A DNA stretch of 64,000 bases from Leucoraja ocellata (lineage: Eukaryota), in NCBI GenBank assembly GCA_036785375.1, contig JAWMAR010000603.1, positions 558,001 to 622,000 of the forward strand, in the 5' to 3' direction. A program made the translations under genes and the position numbers. Below the pieces are notes generated by a model, which saw nothing but the letters and a program-made list of their open reading frames with translations, had not been told where the DNA came from and searched no databases. Each line of letters opens with the position of its first letter. Within the stretch, counting starts at the first letter, position 1. Below are positions 27,335-38,714 of this stretch, in pieces.

Positions 27335-27654
27335 TGGGCCTGTCCCACTTAGGCGATTTTTTATGCAACTACAGGTGACTAGTTTGTCGCCGCATAATTG
27401 GCGGGAGTAGTCTCCTCAGTCGCGCAAAAAGTTGTGACGTCTTTTTTGGTCGCCGCAAAATTTTCAACAAGTTGAAATTTTTTCGCCGACAGTGATTTGA
27501 CGCCAATGAGCATAGCTTGACGTAAGTGCTGCCGTAGGTTGTCGCCAGGATGACGTAGGTTGGTGCCGGGTTTTCAGCGACCTGCTACGACTATGACAAT
27601 CACCAGCAGTTGCCTAAAAAAACATTTATTAAATCGCCAAGTGAGTCAGACCCA
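27335..27654. mobile_element. PIF/Harbinger-type MITE, second family
   Basis: Terminal repeats TGGGCCTGTCCCACTTAGGCGATTT and AAATCGCCAAGTGAGTCAGACCCA. TTA on both flanks (27332-27334, 27655-27657). Confidence 0.85.
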
Positions 27655-29720
27655 TTACATTTACAAAAAATCCAATTCCATGACAGAAAGCTCAACAATT
27701 TACAGACATCAATGTTTTACATTCTTGTAGCCATCATTAAATTGAGAGGAAAATGGAGGGGATAATAAATCAAGGGGGGGGGGGGGTGAGGGGGATGCTA
27801 GTTGACTCAAATGCCACTGTGAAGTACAGAGACACCCTTTCTCCAACACCAATAAACAAAACATACCATTTCTGGGGGGTTTTTACGTCACAACTATACC
27901 AATGAGATGGAATCCATGGAAAATATTTATATAATCTGAGCAATGTATAATTGTACAGTTGGAGAACTTAAATCTCATCCAAAAGAGATCAACTCCAACA
28001 GTGCAGCACTCTCATGGTACTACACCAATGTGTCCCTCTAAAAATTGTATATGCTGAAAAATTGAAATAAATAAAAAACACTACAAAGATTCAGCAGATC
28101 TTAGCACATCTGAAGAAATAGAAACAGTTAACATTTCAAATGTCGCCTGACCGCTATTTGTTTCCAGCATACTATTCTCATGTCAATTTGGATATGTTTG
28201 CCAGTCTCCAAAATAAGTCCCGAAGCCACAACCTGCTGCCTCACAAGAATTTACTAAATGATACACAGCCAACAATGATATTGGCATGAGGACTTAAAAA
28301 CAGAATATTGAAGCAAATAAATGGCATCCAGGTTAGTTGAGCAATAACTGGTCCAAAAAAACAACGTCAAGGTGTGCAAGTGAGACTGCATTTCAAATGT
28401 TTCCAAATAAACATCTTTGTACTCTCAATCTTCATTCAGTGAGACATGTCTACATGCCTTGATTATTAAGAAAAATATATGAAAGATTAATAACCTGCAC
28501 AAGACTCAAGAAAATTTGTAAAATCATCATTTATAAGACAATTTTGTAAAATCAACCAAAAATGCATTAACTTTAACCCAGCAGCCCCAGAACAGAAATG
28601 TATGATTACATTTAGATGACATGTGAATAAAGCAAGAATCCATACATTTAAATGCTTAATTAAATTGCTGTTTTACATTCACATATGCAACTAGTTTATT
28701 GAAAATCACTATTTTCTCCTTGATAATATTTAATTCAATTAAATAAATGGAATATTACCATAGATTTATTTATTTTTCCTTAAAATTTAGGCAATACAGT
28801 ATAACGTTTCAAACTTGGACTAGTTTTGGCAAACTTGAATCAAAATGCAGTCAGAAACAAAAGATATATACAAAGTCAAAAATTAAAATTCTCCAATACC
28901 AATAAAATGATCCAACATTCAAAAATCAAAAAACTGCCGACAAAGATGCATATTCCATAGTTAAACATATTTAAAGAGAGCAAACCATGTAGACAAATTA
29001 CTTATCCAAAACTGTTTCATTTCCCCATTTTACACTTAAAAGTATGCTTAAAAGCAATCTTCTTTATTGACCTGACCACATAAACCTCTGACAACTTGTC
29101 ACACATCTCTCAGTGAAAAACGACAAGATAACCAAAAATCAGGGGGGGGTGGGAGAAGCTCAACATAGATAGAGAGCTTTTGGTCCTTTTTGCAATTCTT
29201 TTTTAATGTTAGATTGTGAAACACAAGTCTACTATCTGGCCTCTGACATTACCCAAGGAAACATTATTACAAAACGTACACATAATTAATAACCATTAGT
29301 ATATGGGATAATTCAATTTTTGACAGAACAAATTCAGCTTAATCCTACATATGAAAATGTAATACCCATTTCATAAAACCTTTCAGTTCTAATTTCACAA
29401 ACTGAACAGTATTTCATTTTCAATCCACGCTTCCTGAAACCGTAAATAGCAGACCATATTACTTATCTCTGCACTAATCCTTAAAACCTCCAAAGATTTA
29501 TGATTAACCCCAAAAGGCTTAACATCTCCCCACTCGTCTTCACTGTGGCTTAAGATGAAGACTTGAAAAATAAGACATTTAAAGTACCAGCATTCAGAAC
29601 ATGTCAGCACTAACAAACCTCCAAAAGGAGGTATACATCCATGACATACAATTAGAAAAATAGATGTCTCTTAATAAAACCATTTCAAAATACTTATTAT
29701 AGACGGTATTTAAATCTTAC

Positions 29721-29793
29721 CCGAGCCACCAAACTGGCTGCTTGCAAGTGTAGTTGGTCCATTTTTTCCACTATTAACAGGAGGAGAAAACAT
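29721..29793 (-). CDS. TCF12: TCF12/HEB second coding exon, MFSPPVNSGKNGPTTLASSQFGGS
   Basis: 73 nt, with acceptor tctttttatAG and donor CGG/GTAAGA. It continues the AD1 motif ...DFSA|MFSPPV in frame. Confidence 0.96.
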
Positions 29794-30258
29794 CTATAAA
29801 AAGACATTGAGATTAATGAGTTTACTCTTGTGGTTGAATACATCTAAACCCATTTAAAAAGATAATGCAATACACAAAATCTGTATTTGTGATTGAAACA
29901 AGGACTGTGATGTAATTACATTTTTTTTAATTAATACCAATTACAACATATTGCAAGGATTGCCTTTACAGATCATCAGGACCAGAAATTACAAAACTGA
30001 TGAAGAGCGACTTCTAATAAAAACATAGTACTGGGCGATTTAAATAACAATGTATTTGCCATTTCCACCAATCTAACAATACTGATCAGGTGAAAGCTGG
30101 AGCTAGTCAAAGCATCGACAGACAACTTTAGGCAAGGAGAAAACATTCTAAATTAATTCAGTGCTAACCCAAAAATTAAACGTGTGCTGAACGTCACTAA
30201 AAATTGTAGCACTTTCCAAGTGAATCTATCCCTGTGAAACTACTGGACTTGAAGTCTA

Positions 30259-30465
<207 letters not shown>

Positions 30466-30879
30466 TCACTAAACCTATGAACAAAACACAGGAACCCACG
30501 TTATTTAAAAACAATGCATCTACTTGTATATATATATTTTTAAAAAGCCAACAAATGCTCTAAAAGTTTGCAGGGAGGCGAGGATCAGAAGAATGGAGCA
30601 AAGAGTTTAAATCCACGATTCCAACTCTCTTAACAAATAAGACTGGAGGGAACTTCCTGAACAAGTAAAAGTCTGCAGCAGACTCCAACCACATAAAGAA
30701 AGTGCGTCCCTTCCCAACCACAAAAGTATAAGTTACTTTACCCTAAATGACAGGCAATCTGCTAACATTCCACATGACAAAGACGAGTTAACCTCGACTG
30801 GCAAACCCCATGTAAGTGTTTTTAAGAGGGTAAATCACCAGTATTAAGTTTTGTGTAGAGCAGCCTCCAGCAGTGTTTG

Positions 30880-31400
30880 CTCCGCGGGGGCGAACTCCTT
30901 CACAGATGTTCCCCCTCTTTCTGAGGGTTTAAGCGGAGCTGCGGCCGTCCCGCTCTCCCGGGGAGGGCACCGGGCGACGTTTCCAGCCGACGGTGCCTCT
31001 CCTCCGCCCCGGCCCGGCCCAGCCCGGCCTCCCAGTTACCCTGCTCTTGCCCTCCCGAGGCCCAGGCTCCCGCTCCCTCCCTGCCGCCTCAACTTTGTCC
31101 CCCCCACTCCGTCAAACATCCAACCTCCAGCGGCGCCGCTCTCGGGTGAGGGCTTCGACTCCCCCACCCCGCGATCGGCCACCGTGCCGGCCTCCACTAG
31201 TAGGGTTGGGCTGGGCGGGAGTGAGTGAGTGGGCGCGTGAGGCGGCCTCAACCCTCGCCCTCCGCAACCGCCGATCCTTCAAGCGGACTTTCTTTGGGGG
31301 GGGGGGGGGGGGTAACTGAGTGAGAGGGCTGAGCCGCGTCACCACGCCGTGTGAGGACGCTGTATCCCTCCGAGCTGCTGCTTGTGCAATCATGTACCTT
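30880..31400 (-). promoter_or_regulatory. TCF12: CpG island: TCF12 promoter and probable non-coding exon 1
   Basis: Abrupt GC/CpG-rich block about 0.4 kb upstream of the ATG exon. GC boxes (CCGCCC near 31003, GGGCGG near 31213). Candidate minus-strand donor AGG/GTAACT at 31040/31039. Confidence 0.8.
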
Positions 31401-32329
31401 CCTTGCCTGCCCTTCTCTGCAGGAGACAGACAGACTATGCAGTGTGCAATCTAATGCTTACACTTGCATCTTGGTGGATGTTGAGATTACAAAAAAAGAA
31501 TGATAATGAGTGCGAAGGATCCTTTGTTTGCGCGGAGTAGGCAGCGGTATGTTTTCCCCTGTATTTGATTGACGCGGATTAGTTGATGGGGTCGAATTAC
31601 ACGCATGGTCAGTCAGATGTTATCTTCCTGTAGTACGGAGGCCAATATACACACACACATATATATTCATCCTGGAGGCAATCTTTAATGACTTCGAAAT
31701 AACTGGCATCAGTCGAAGAGAACAGAACCATATCAACAAATAGATGGCAGTGGTAATAATGTTACTTAAAAACTATGCAACTGCTCATGTTGATAAAGAT
31801 AGGCTACACAGTTTTTAAACTTGGAATAATTTTAATTGTGCATTGTCTGGAATCGTGGCTTGTGTGAAACTATTTCATTGTCATAGACATTGGAAGATCA
31901 AAGCTATATCTGGACAAACGAGACAATCCTTGGAATTAATTAATGCCTTTAGAAAGGAAATCGCTTTATCATATTAACAATAACTAACGCGTTGAATTAT
32001 TCATACTTAGTTGGAATTAATGTTTATTTTTGTCATTTACATATGTCCGAACTCAACAAGATATCCAACAGTATGCTTTTCACTCAAGATTCCAGCATCT
32101 GCAGTCTCTTGTGTCAGCCACAACATATCTTACTTTCAATTTAATGGGACACTCAAACATGATGGCGATATGAATGTAATTTTAATTAAGAGTGTGGGAT
32201 TTCTAAATCTGATTTGGTTTAATAACAATCACCACAAAAATACTCGAGATTGAAAAGAGATCGAATTAATAAAAACCCAAATGCAGAAACTAGCACCAGT
32301 TTTCTTGACACAAACCTGCGTTCATTCAT

Positions 32330-32860
32330 GATTTTCGCGGTTTTATGCTCAGTTTTAATCGTTCGCCGCTGGACTCGGCAATCCCCACGCGATCGAAAGG
32401 TAGCGGAAGGGGAGGCGATGAATCGAACTGAAGTTAGAAAGATTTATGGAGGGCCATCACATCTAACACAGAGAGCAACATGTGCCATTTGTCGCAAAGA
32501 TCTTTGATTTGTCGGACCCGCGCCATTTAGTTGACCCACTGAAGAGGATTACATAGGTCTTTGCACGTTGCTCTCAACTGGGTTCAAATACACTACATTT
32601 GTATTGAAATCCTGCCGGCAAACAAAAAAACGGAAGTTCGGGCACCATCCAGCCTTTCCCAAGATCCCCTGTTCTTTCATCCCACAAAATCGGTTCGGGG
32701 TGGAGGCAGAGCAGCGGCTGCTGCAGCTCCGAGCTATCAGACGGCAGCGCCGCATGCCCAGGCCACCGCCGCTGGGAACCTTTGACACAAAGCACCCGGT
32801 TCCAGCGGAAAGACAGGGTTAAAAAGCCACCCGCTCCGCCCCTCATCTGTTGAAACCACA
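32330..32860. promoter_or_regulatory. Second CpG-rich block (candidate alternative promoter or enhancer)
   Basis: High CpG content, not a recognisable repeat. ETS motif CGGAAGT at 32631 and YY1-like CGCCATTT at 32521. Confidence 0.5.
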
Positions 32861-33076
32861 GCCCCATAGCTATTCGTGGAAAATTCTTTCACACGAAAAG
32901 GCAAAGTAATATAAATAAAAACAAACTATCATGAACATTTAAAAAATAACAGTTCCCATGCACATTAATTCCCTCTGTTTCTAGGTCCAACTCTTTATCG
33001 GTTGAGTTTACCCAGCAACTTTAATATCCCGATATTTCATCCACTGAAATGCTAAATGCAACTATTTTAAGGTGTT

Positions 33077-33235
33077 TAAGAAGGAACCGCAGATGCTGTA
33101 AAATCGAAGGTAGACAAAAATGCTGGAGAAACTCAGCGGGTGGTGCAGTATCTATGGAGCGAAGGAAATAGGCAACGTTTCGGGCCGAAACCCTCTTCAG
33201 ACAATCTGAAGAAGGGTTTCGGCCCGAAACGTTGC
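33077..33235. mobile_element. Asymmetric fold-back Penelope terminal-repeat insert
   Basis: A full arm plus a short inverted arm; duplication CTATTTTAAGGTGTT at 33062-33076 and 33236-33250. Confidence 0.85.
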
Positions 33236-33739
33236 CTATTTTAAGGTGTTCTATTGGTGAGAGATAATGTCCGTTTTAACAGGAATGGCCTTCCGGTAAA
33301 CTAAACGGCACTGCATAGTTTGCTGTGACCTCAGTTGACAGACGAAAGATACGGGACTACCAAATTGTGAACACTGTCAGGATGAGGATCAATGTCAGCT
33401 GTAACTCCGTATAATTATTGTCAATTACATGGCACAACGTAGCTCGTTAATCTAAAATATCACATCACATCTCTCAAGAAAATAATCTGATAATTTGTTT
33501 CAATGGCCGTGAAGCCTTTGAGATGCCCGAAAGTCGTGGGAGGTGCTTTTTTTTCCTGTATGAAAATGCTTTTTATGATAGAGAATATCAGTGTGCAAAT
33601 AAATGTGATAAGTGCTGTTCAATTTAGATTATCTTCTAACTAGTTTAAACCATAACTAATTGAAAAGTACTTAGATATGACAGTTAATATCTACAATAAT
33701 CTGGCAATTTGCAATTTCATCCAGTAGACAATTCCTAGA

Positions 33740-33870
33740 TTGGAGGCACAAGAAACTGTAGATGCTGGAATCTTGAGTAAAACACAAAGTGTTGGAGGAA
33801 TTCAGCAGATCAGGCAGCATCCATGGAGGGAATAAGCAGACAACGTTTCGGGTCTGGTCCCATTCAGACA
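33740..33870 (-). mobile_element. Older Penelope terminal-repeat copy
   Basis: AAGAAACTGTAGATGCTGG...CAGGCAGCATC...AACGTTTCGGGTC..TTCAGAC. Confidence 0.7.
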
Positions 33871-34493
33871 ATCTTTAAATATTGTGTAGAGGAGATGAAA
33901 GTATATCAATAACGTGTTTGCATTCAATCCATATTAATGTTTGATTTCTACTTCAATCTGAACAACGGTCTTTAAACCACAGGAAAACCGCAAACCACTC
34001 TGCTATATAATTTGCTCTAAGGCGGCAGAGAAATGTTTATTATAATCATCAGCAAAAGAGAACCCACCAAACATTGCGTTAAAGGGCAGTCCATTCGTAT
34101 CTATGAACCCGTTTAAGTAATGTATCTGGGAAACATTGTCATGGTCCTTTAAAATGCAGATGGACAAATTGGAGCTTGGGATATGTCGCCAGAAACTATA
34201 TTTATTCTCTCAAGTCACAGAAGTCATACCGAGATTGTCTGCTGCCAAGTGTAGGTTTTCATGTTCTGTCATTTATTCACCCACGGGGTGTTTCATTCAT
34301 TTAAACAGAAAACAACCTAAGAATTGAACCTTCAAGTTTATTCTGTTGCTAATCAGATTATATTTTCCCAACAAGTTTGTCAAGAAATGTGCACTTCGAT
34401 AATGACTCCCACAAGCTCACATCTGAAATTATTTCTGCACACGCAACGAAGAATTTTAATTTCCTGGTATTTATTCACCATCTAATTTACTTA

Positions 34494-34596
34494 ATATGTT
34501 TAAGAAGGAACTGCAGATGTTGGAAAATCGAAGGTACACAAAAATGCTGGAGATACTCAGCGGGTGCACCGCTGAGTTTCTCCAGCATTTTTGTGT
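34494..34596. mobile_element. Short fold-back Penelope terminal-repeat insert lacking the hammerhead part
   Basis: Arms turn at CAGCGGGTGCA|CCGCTG; duplication ACCATCTAATTTACTTA at 34477-34493 and 34597-34613. Confidence 0.85.
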
Positions 34597-36549
34597 ACCA
34601 TCTAATTTACTTATCTATCTATTATCAATAAAATCCCAAATATAAAGCACGTACTTCCATATGAAAGCGACGAGAGTCTAAGTGTGTTGACGCGTCTTGG
34701 TGGCAATGTTTCGTGAATTGATCATGGCCTTTGCATTGCATTGCCTGGGACGTAATTTCAGCTTTCAGAGGAAGTATCTCTCACAGTTTACGCTGACACA
34801 ATATGCAGTCAATCTTGCTCCGTGTATCCGAATATGATATCAGCAATACTGACAACCCGGTGAAGTAATCCTCGTGTTTACAAGGCTGGTAGACTGAGTG
34901 TTAATTTACAGTTGCTTCTCGAGGCTCTTTTGGAGGCTCTGATGGTCTAATTAATGAAACGGGAATCCACGTTGAAATTCTACTCGTTTGCCGCGATTGT
35001 TTAACACCAGAAAGGCCACATACCAGGACAGTCCCGTTACACCCAGATTTAATTAGCGGATTGGAAATTGTTCCACGCTGGTGTATTTTTAAGACGGCAA
35101 GATCACGAGGTAAACAGGAATTATCGACATGTTTCATTTGTTATTGAATTTAACGGTGACAGCAGCAGATTTAAAACGATAACTAATTGTAGCTTTTTTC
35201 ACGCTGCACCGTGGTCCAATTATGGTTTGAGCATCTATATTTTACTGACGTTAGTTTAAAAGAAAATCACGTTCCGACTGTTTCCGTGGAGTTCGGATAT
35301 TGCATTAGAATGCTAACATAGAATGACAGCAGTACATTACACGCACGGAGCGGGCTGCTTAAAGTTGATGTCTGACATCCGCTGTGTTTACATAATAAAA
35401 ACACAAACGCCGTCACAAACAGGAACATTGCAAATGAAAAAGGAGAGCACGTACCTCGGTATTCAGGCTAATTGGTGCAGCATGAAGAGGAAGACTTTGT
35501 AAAGTTCTGCCCGGAAGACGATTCCCGCCAGCAGCATCTAGTGTCACTGTATTGACAGCCGAACAAAGGTGCTCCCGGCTCAGAGAGGGCGAGGAGAAAG
35601 GAGTGATCTGCAGGGATTCCCGTGCAAAATTCCACACTGAAAATGGCTGATAAAGTGAAACTGATTTTCGGATGATTTAATAAATATTTCTAATACAGAA
35701 GTCTATTTGAAAAACCACATACCTCAGATGTTTCTCTTCTAACTAAACAACCCAAATAATTAGTCGGTGTTTATCCCAGCGGAGAGATGCGAAGGTTATT
35801 GTAGAGAGCTGGAATGATTTTGCACCACATATGATTTCATTGCAAAGTACGAGATCTGTGCCTCGTTTTATTACCTTTACAAGGTGGCTGCAGATTGGAG
35901 CATTTGTCCAGGATAACTCCCTTAGAAATTCAATAAAACCTGCTCATATCTGTGGAAGACGGGTTAATATTGTACTTCAGAATCGTTATCAGGTTTTCTC
36001 TGTTCAATTGCCACGGATTTGAAATGATGCAATTAGCGTCACCTGTTGGCAGCGAGAAAGCGGAACGTGTTAAATCAGCCCAGTCTCGCATTGTTTTTGG
36101 CTTTGCTGCCGGGCTCTGAATCTTTTGGAATCAAAGCCGAATTCTTCAGCAATCCTCCAAAGAATCTTAACTTCCGTTGATTTCCATTGAGCTTTTACGG
36201 TCTCTTGAACTTAAAAAAAAAGTATTAAAAAAATATATTTTCCGCTTGAATACAAACGCTGAAACAAGCCGGACAGGACAGCGCTTCCAAGTTTGTAGAC
36301 AGCAGCACCGGGTACAGTATCTGCATTCCCCAAAGGGACCTGCACTAACGCCGTAGGACCACAGCTCTGAGCTGATTCTGGGATTAGCATTCACGGAGTG
36401 CGCTCACCGATGGAAGGACCCGTGTTCTGTGTTGACGAATGAAACCAAACAAATATCTTTCAAGTTTTGACACTGATGTGAATTTGAAGCGCCGGCGGTC
36501 ATTGGTCGCATGCGCAGCCATGACATGAGGAACTCGGTTGTTGCAGTCA

Positions 36550-36830
36550 CGTCCCAACCGGTTGCAGTTTTGCCACTGACTCATAAGGTTGTGGGTTTAA
36601 ATCCTACCCCAGAGACTTGCACAAAGTTCTCGGCCGGCCCTTCACTGAAGGAGCGCTGTTGGAGCTGTTGTTTCCGAGACAAGTTGTTACACTGTTTGTG
36701 CCCTGTTTGTCTTCTCAGCTGGACGCAAACATCCCATGTCACTGTTTCAAAGATCAGGAGGGTTGCCACTGTAGTACAACACAATATACAAGCATGACCA
36801 ACATTTCCAAAATATTCCCCTCCGTCAACA
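36550..36830 (+). mobile_element. Old Deu-domain SINE (SacSINE1-like)
   Basis: B-box-like GGTTGTGGGTTTAAATCC, followed by CCCTGTTTGTCTTCTCAGCTGGACGCAAACATCCCATGTCACTGTTTCAAAGA, which resembles the Deu core as I recall it. Confidence 0.6.
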
Positions 36831-36953
36831 TTTTTAGTCGCTATTTTGAGATTTCTCTGTGCGCAAGTTGACTGTCAGGGTTCATTCATTAAAATAGTGG
36901 CCACACTTCAAATATAAAGCGCTTTAACGTGTGCGGAAAGGAACTGCAGATGC

Positions 36954-37188
36954 ACAAAATTGCTGGAGAAACGCGGCGGGTGCAGCAGCATCTATGGAGC
37001 GAAGGAAATAGGCGACGTTTCGGGCCGAAACCCTTCTTCAGACTGCAGACTTCAGGGTCTGAAGAAGGGTTTCGGCCCGAAACGTCGCCTATTTCCTTCG
37101 CTCCATAGATGCTGCTGCACCCGCGGAGTTTCTCCAGCAATTTTGTGTACCTTCGATCTTCCAGCATCTGCAGTTCCTTCTTGAACAC
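36954..37188. mobile_element. Young fold-back Penelope terminal-repeat insert inside an older copy (about 36930-37310)
   Basis: About 90-bp arms (36954-37043 and 37057-37146) with 2 mismatches and a 13-nt spacer. Duplication AAGGAACTGCAGATGC at 36938-36953 and 37189-37204. Confidence 0.9.
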
Positions 37189-37786
37189 AAGGAACTGCAG
37201 ATGCTGGTTTATACCGAAGATAGACACAAAGTGCTGGAGTAACTCGGCGGGTCAGGCAGCACCTCTGAAGAAAAAGGATGGGTGATGTTTTGGGTTGCGA
37301 CCCTCCAGTAGTTTGAGATGCTCGGAAGGCTGCTATTAAAAAAAGTATTTCCGTTCAGCCAATAACTTTGAAATTCTATGCAGTGTTTGTGTGCGCATAG
37401 AACATCTAACATAGAAATCGCAACCATTCGTCAGTTTTTCTGCATACTCGCATCGTTTAAATATTCCAAACAAAGATTGGCTCTGTGCGAGCCAGTTGAT
37501 CTGCATCAATGTTACTGGTTTAGTTGGAGCATGATGGACGATGGTGATGATTGGGTCACAACCAGAAGACTGGATATGTGCAGTCCAGTCATATCTTCAG
37601 CTGATGTAAATGGTGAATAGGAATGAGACTGGATAGGGTGGGGTCATTTTCATTCATGGATCTAAGGACCTTGGAGAGATACATAACATCAGGAGGGAGA
37701 TAGATAACACAAATTATCACAGAATTTTCTCAGGATAGAGAAGTCTAAAAATAAAGGACATGGGTTAATGGGGGAAAGATTTAGAG

Positions 37787-37910
37787 CAGGGGTGGGGAAC
37801 CTTTTCATATTGGAATGCCGCAATAAGTTAGCTGTAATCTAATAAGGCCGCATCCAAGATACTTCAATCAGATATACTTCAAAATGTACATTATTTTGTT
37901 AAAATAGCCC
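37787..37910 (+). mobile_element. hAT-like transposon end
   Basis: Starts CAGGGGTGGGGAACCT, a typical hAT/Charlie terminal repeat. Partner end not found, so the extent is uncertain. Confidence 0.45.
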
Positions 37911-38714
37911 TCATGACTTACTAATGTTTTAACTGTGGCCGTCAGTTGGGGAGGATTATTTCGTTGAAACATCTGGTTTGGAATGAACCATTCAGGCTAT
38001 GTTACATATCTGTCAAAAATTGAAGTATTTAGATTACTCCCAATTTCAGTTTGTTGTCTATGACCTAGTAAGTTAAAGCTCTTTAAGCGCTCATTCATCC
38101 AACATTCACCACAAATATTTTACTGTTGTTTAAAATATATCAGTGTAGTTCTTTCCAGGATGTTCTTTATACATTTTTGTAATAAACATTCTTCCACAGA
38201 CGTATGGGTATCTTGAGATGTCCTCAGTACCACTTATTTAACTATTAAAACTCATCAATAATGAAAGTTTTCTTCAACCATGTGACTTGGTGTCTGAAAA
38301 GGATTACTCCAAGTATGATTGCATCGAAGGCATCCATTTCCATGAAGGCAGATGGACCACTACAGTAATAATACCAAACACACACAGCAAGCACAAGGCA
38401 AAATATTTTTTACATTGTCAATATTTTCCAAACCCACGCAAAATGTCAATGAGGTTCGTTTTACAAGTAAACACTTTCAGAAAAGATTGATGCAAGATCA
38501 GGAATCTACGGATAGGAAATTCAGGGTGGAAAAATCGTGCAAGCCAGAATTACGGGAGCATAAATCTCCTATGCTGAAAATAAAGATTTATTTGTGGTCT
38601 CTGAGCAAGATTGTAAATATAATGCTGATTGTGCTGTTGGCACAGAACAAGTCAAATGCTCTGTCAGTGACTGAAGATTATTTTGGATACTCTTCCTTTT
38701 TCATATTAATTACA

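Noticed and set aside
30851-31393. Several 70-125 aa Pro/Arg/Gly-rich ORFs
   Set aside because: Expected in stop-poor GC-rich island DNA; no recognisable domain.
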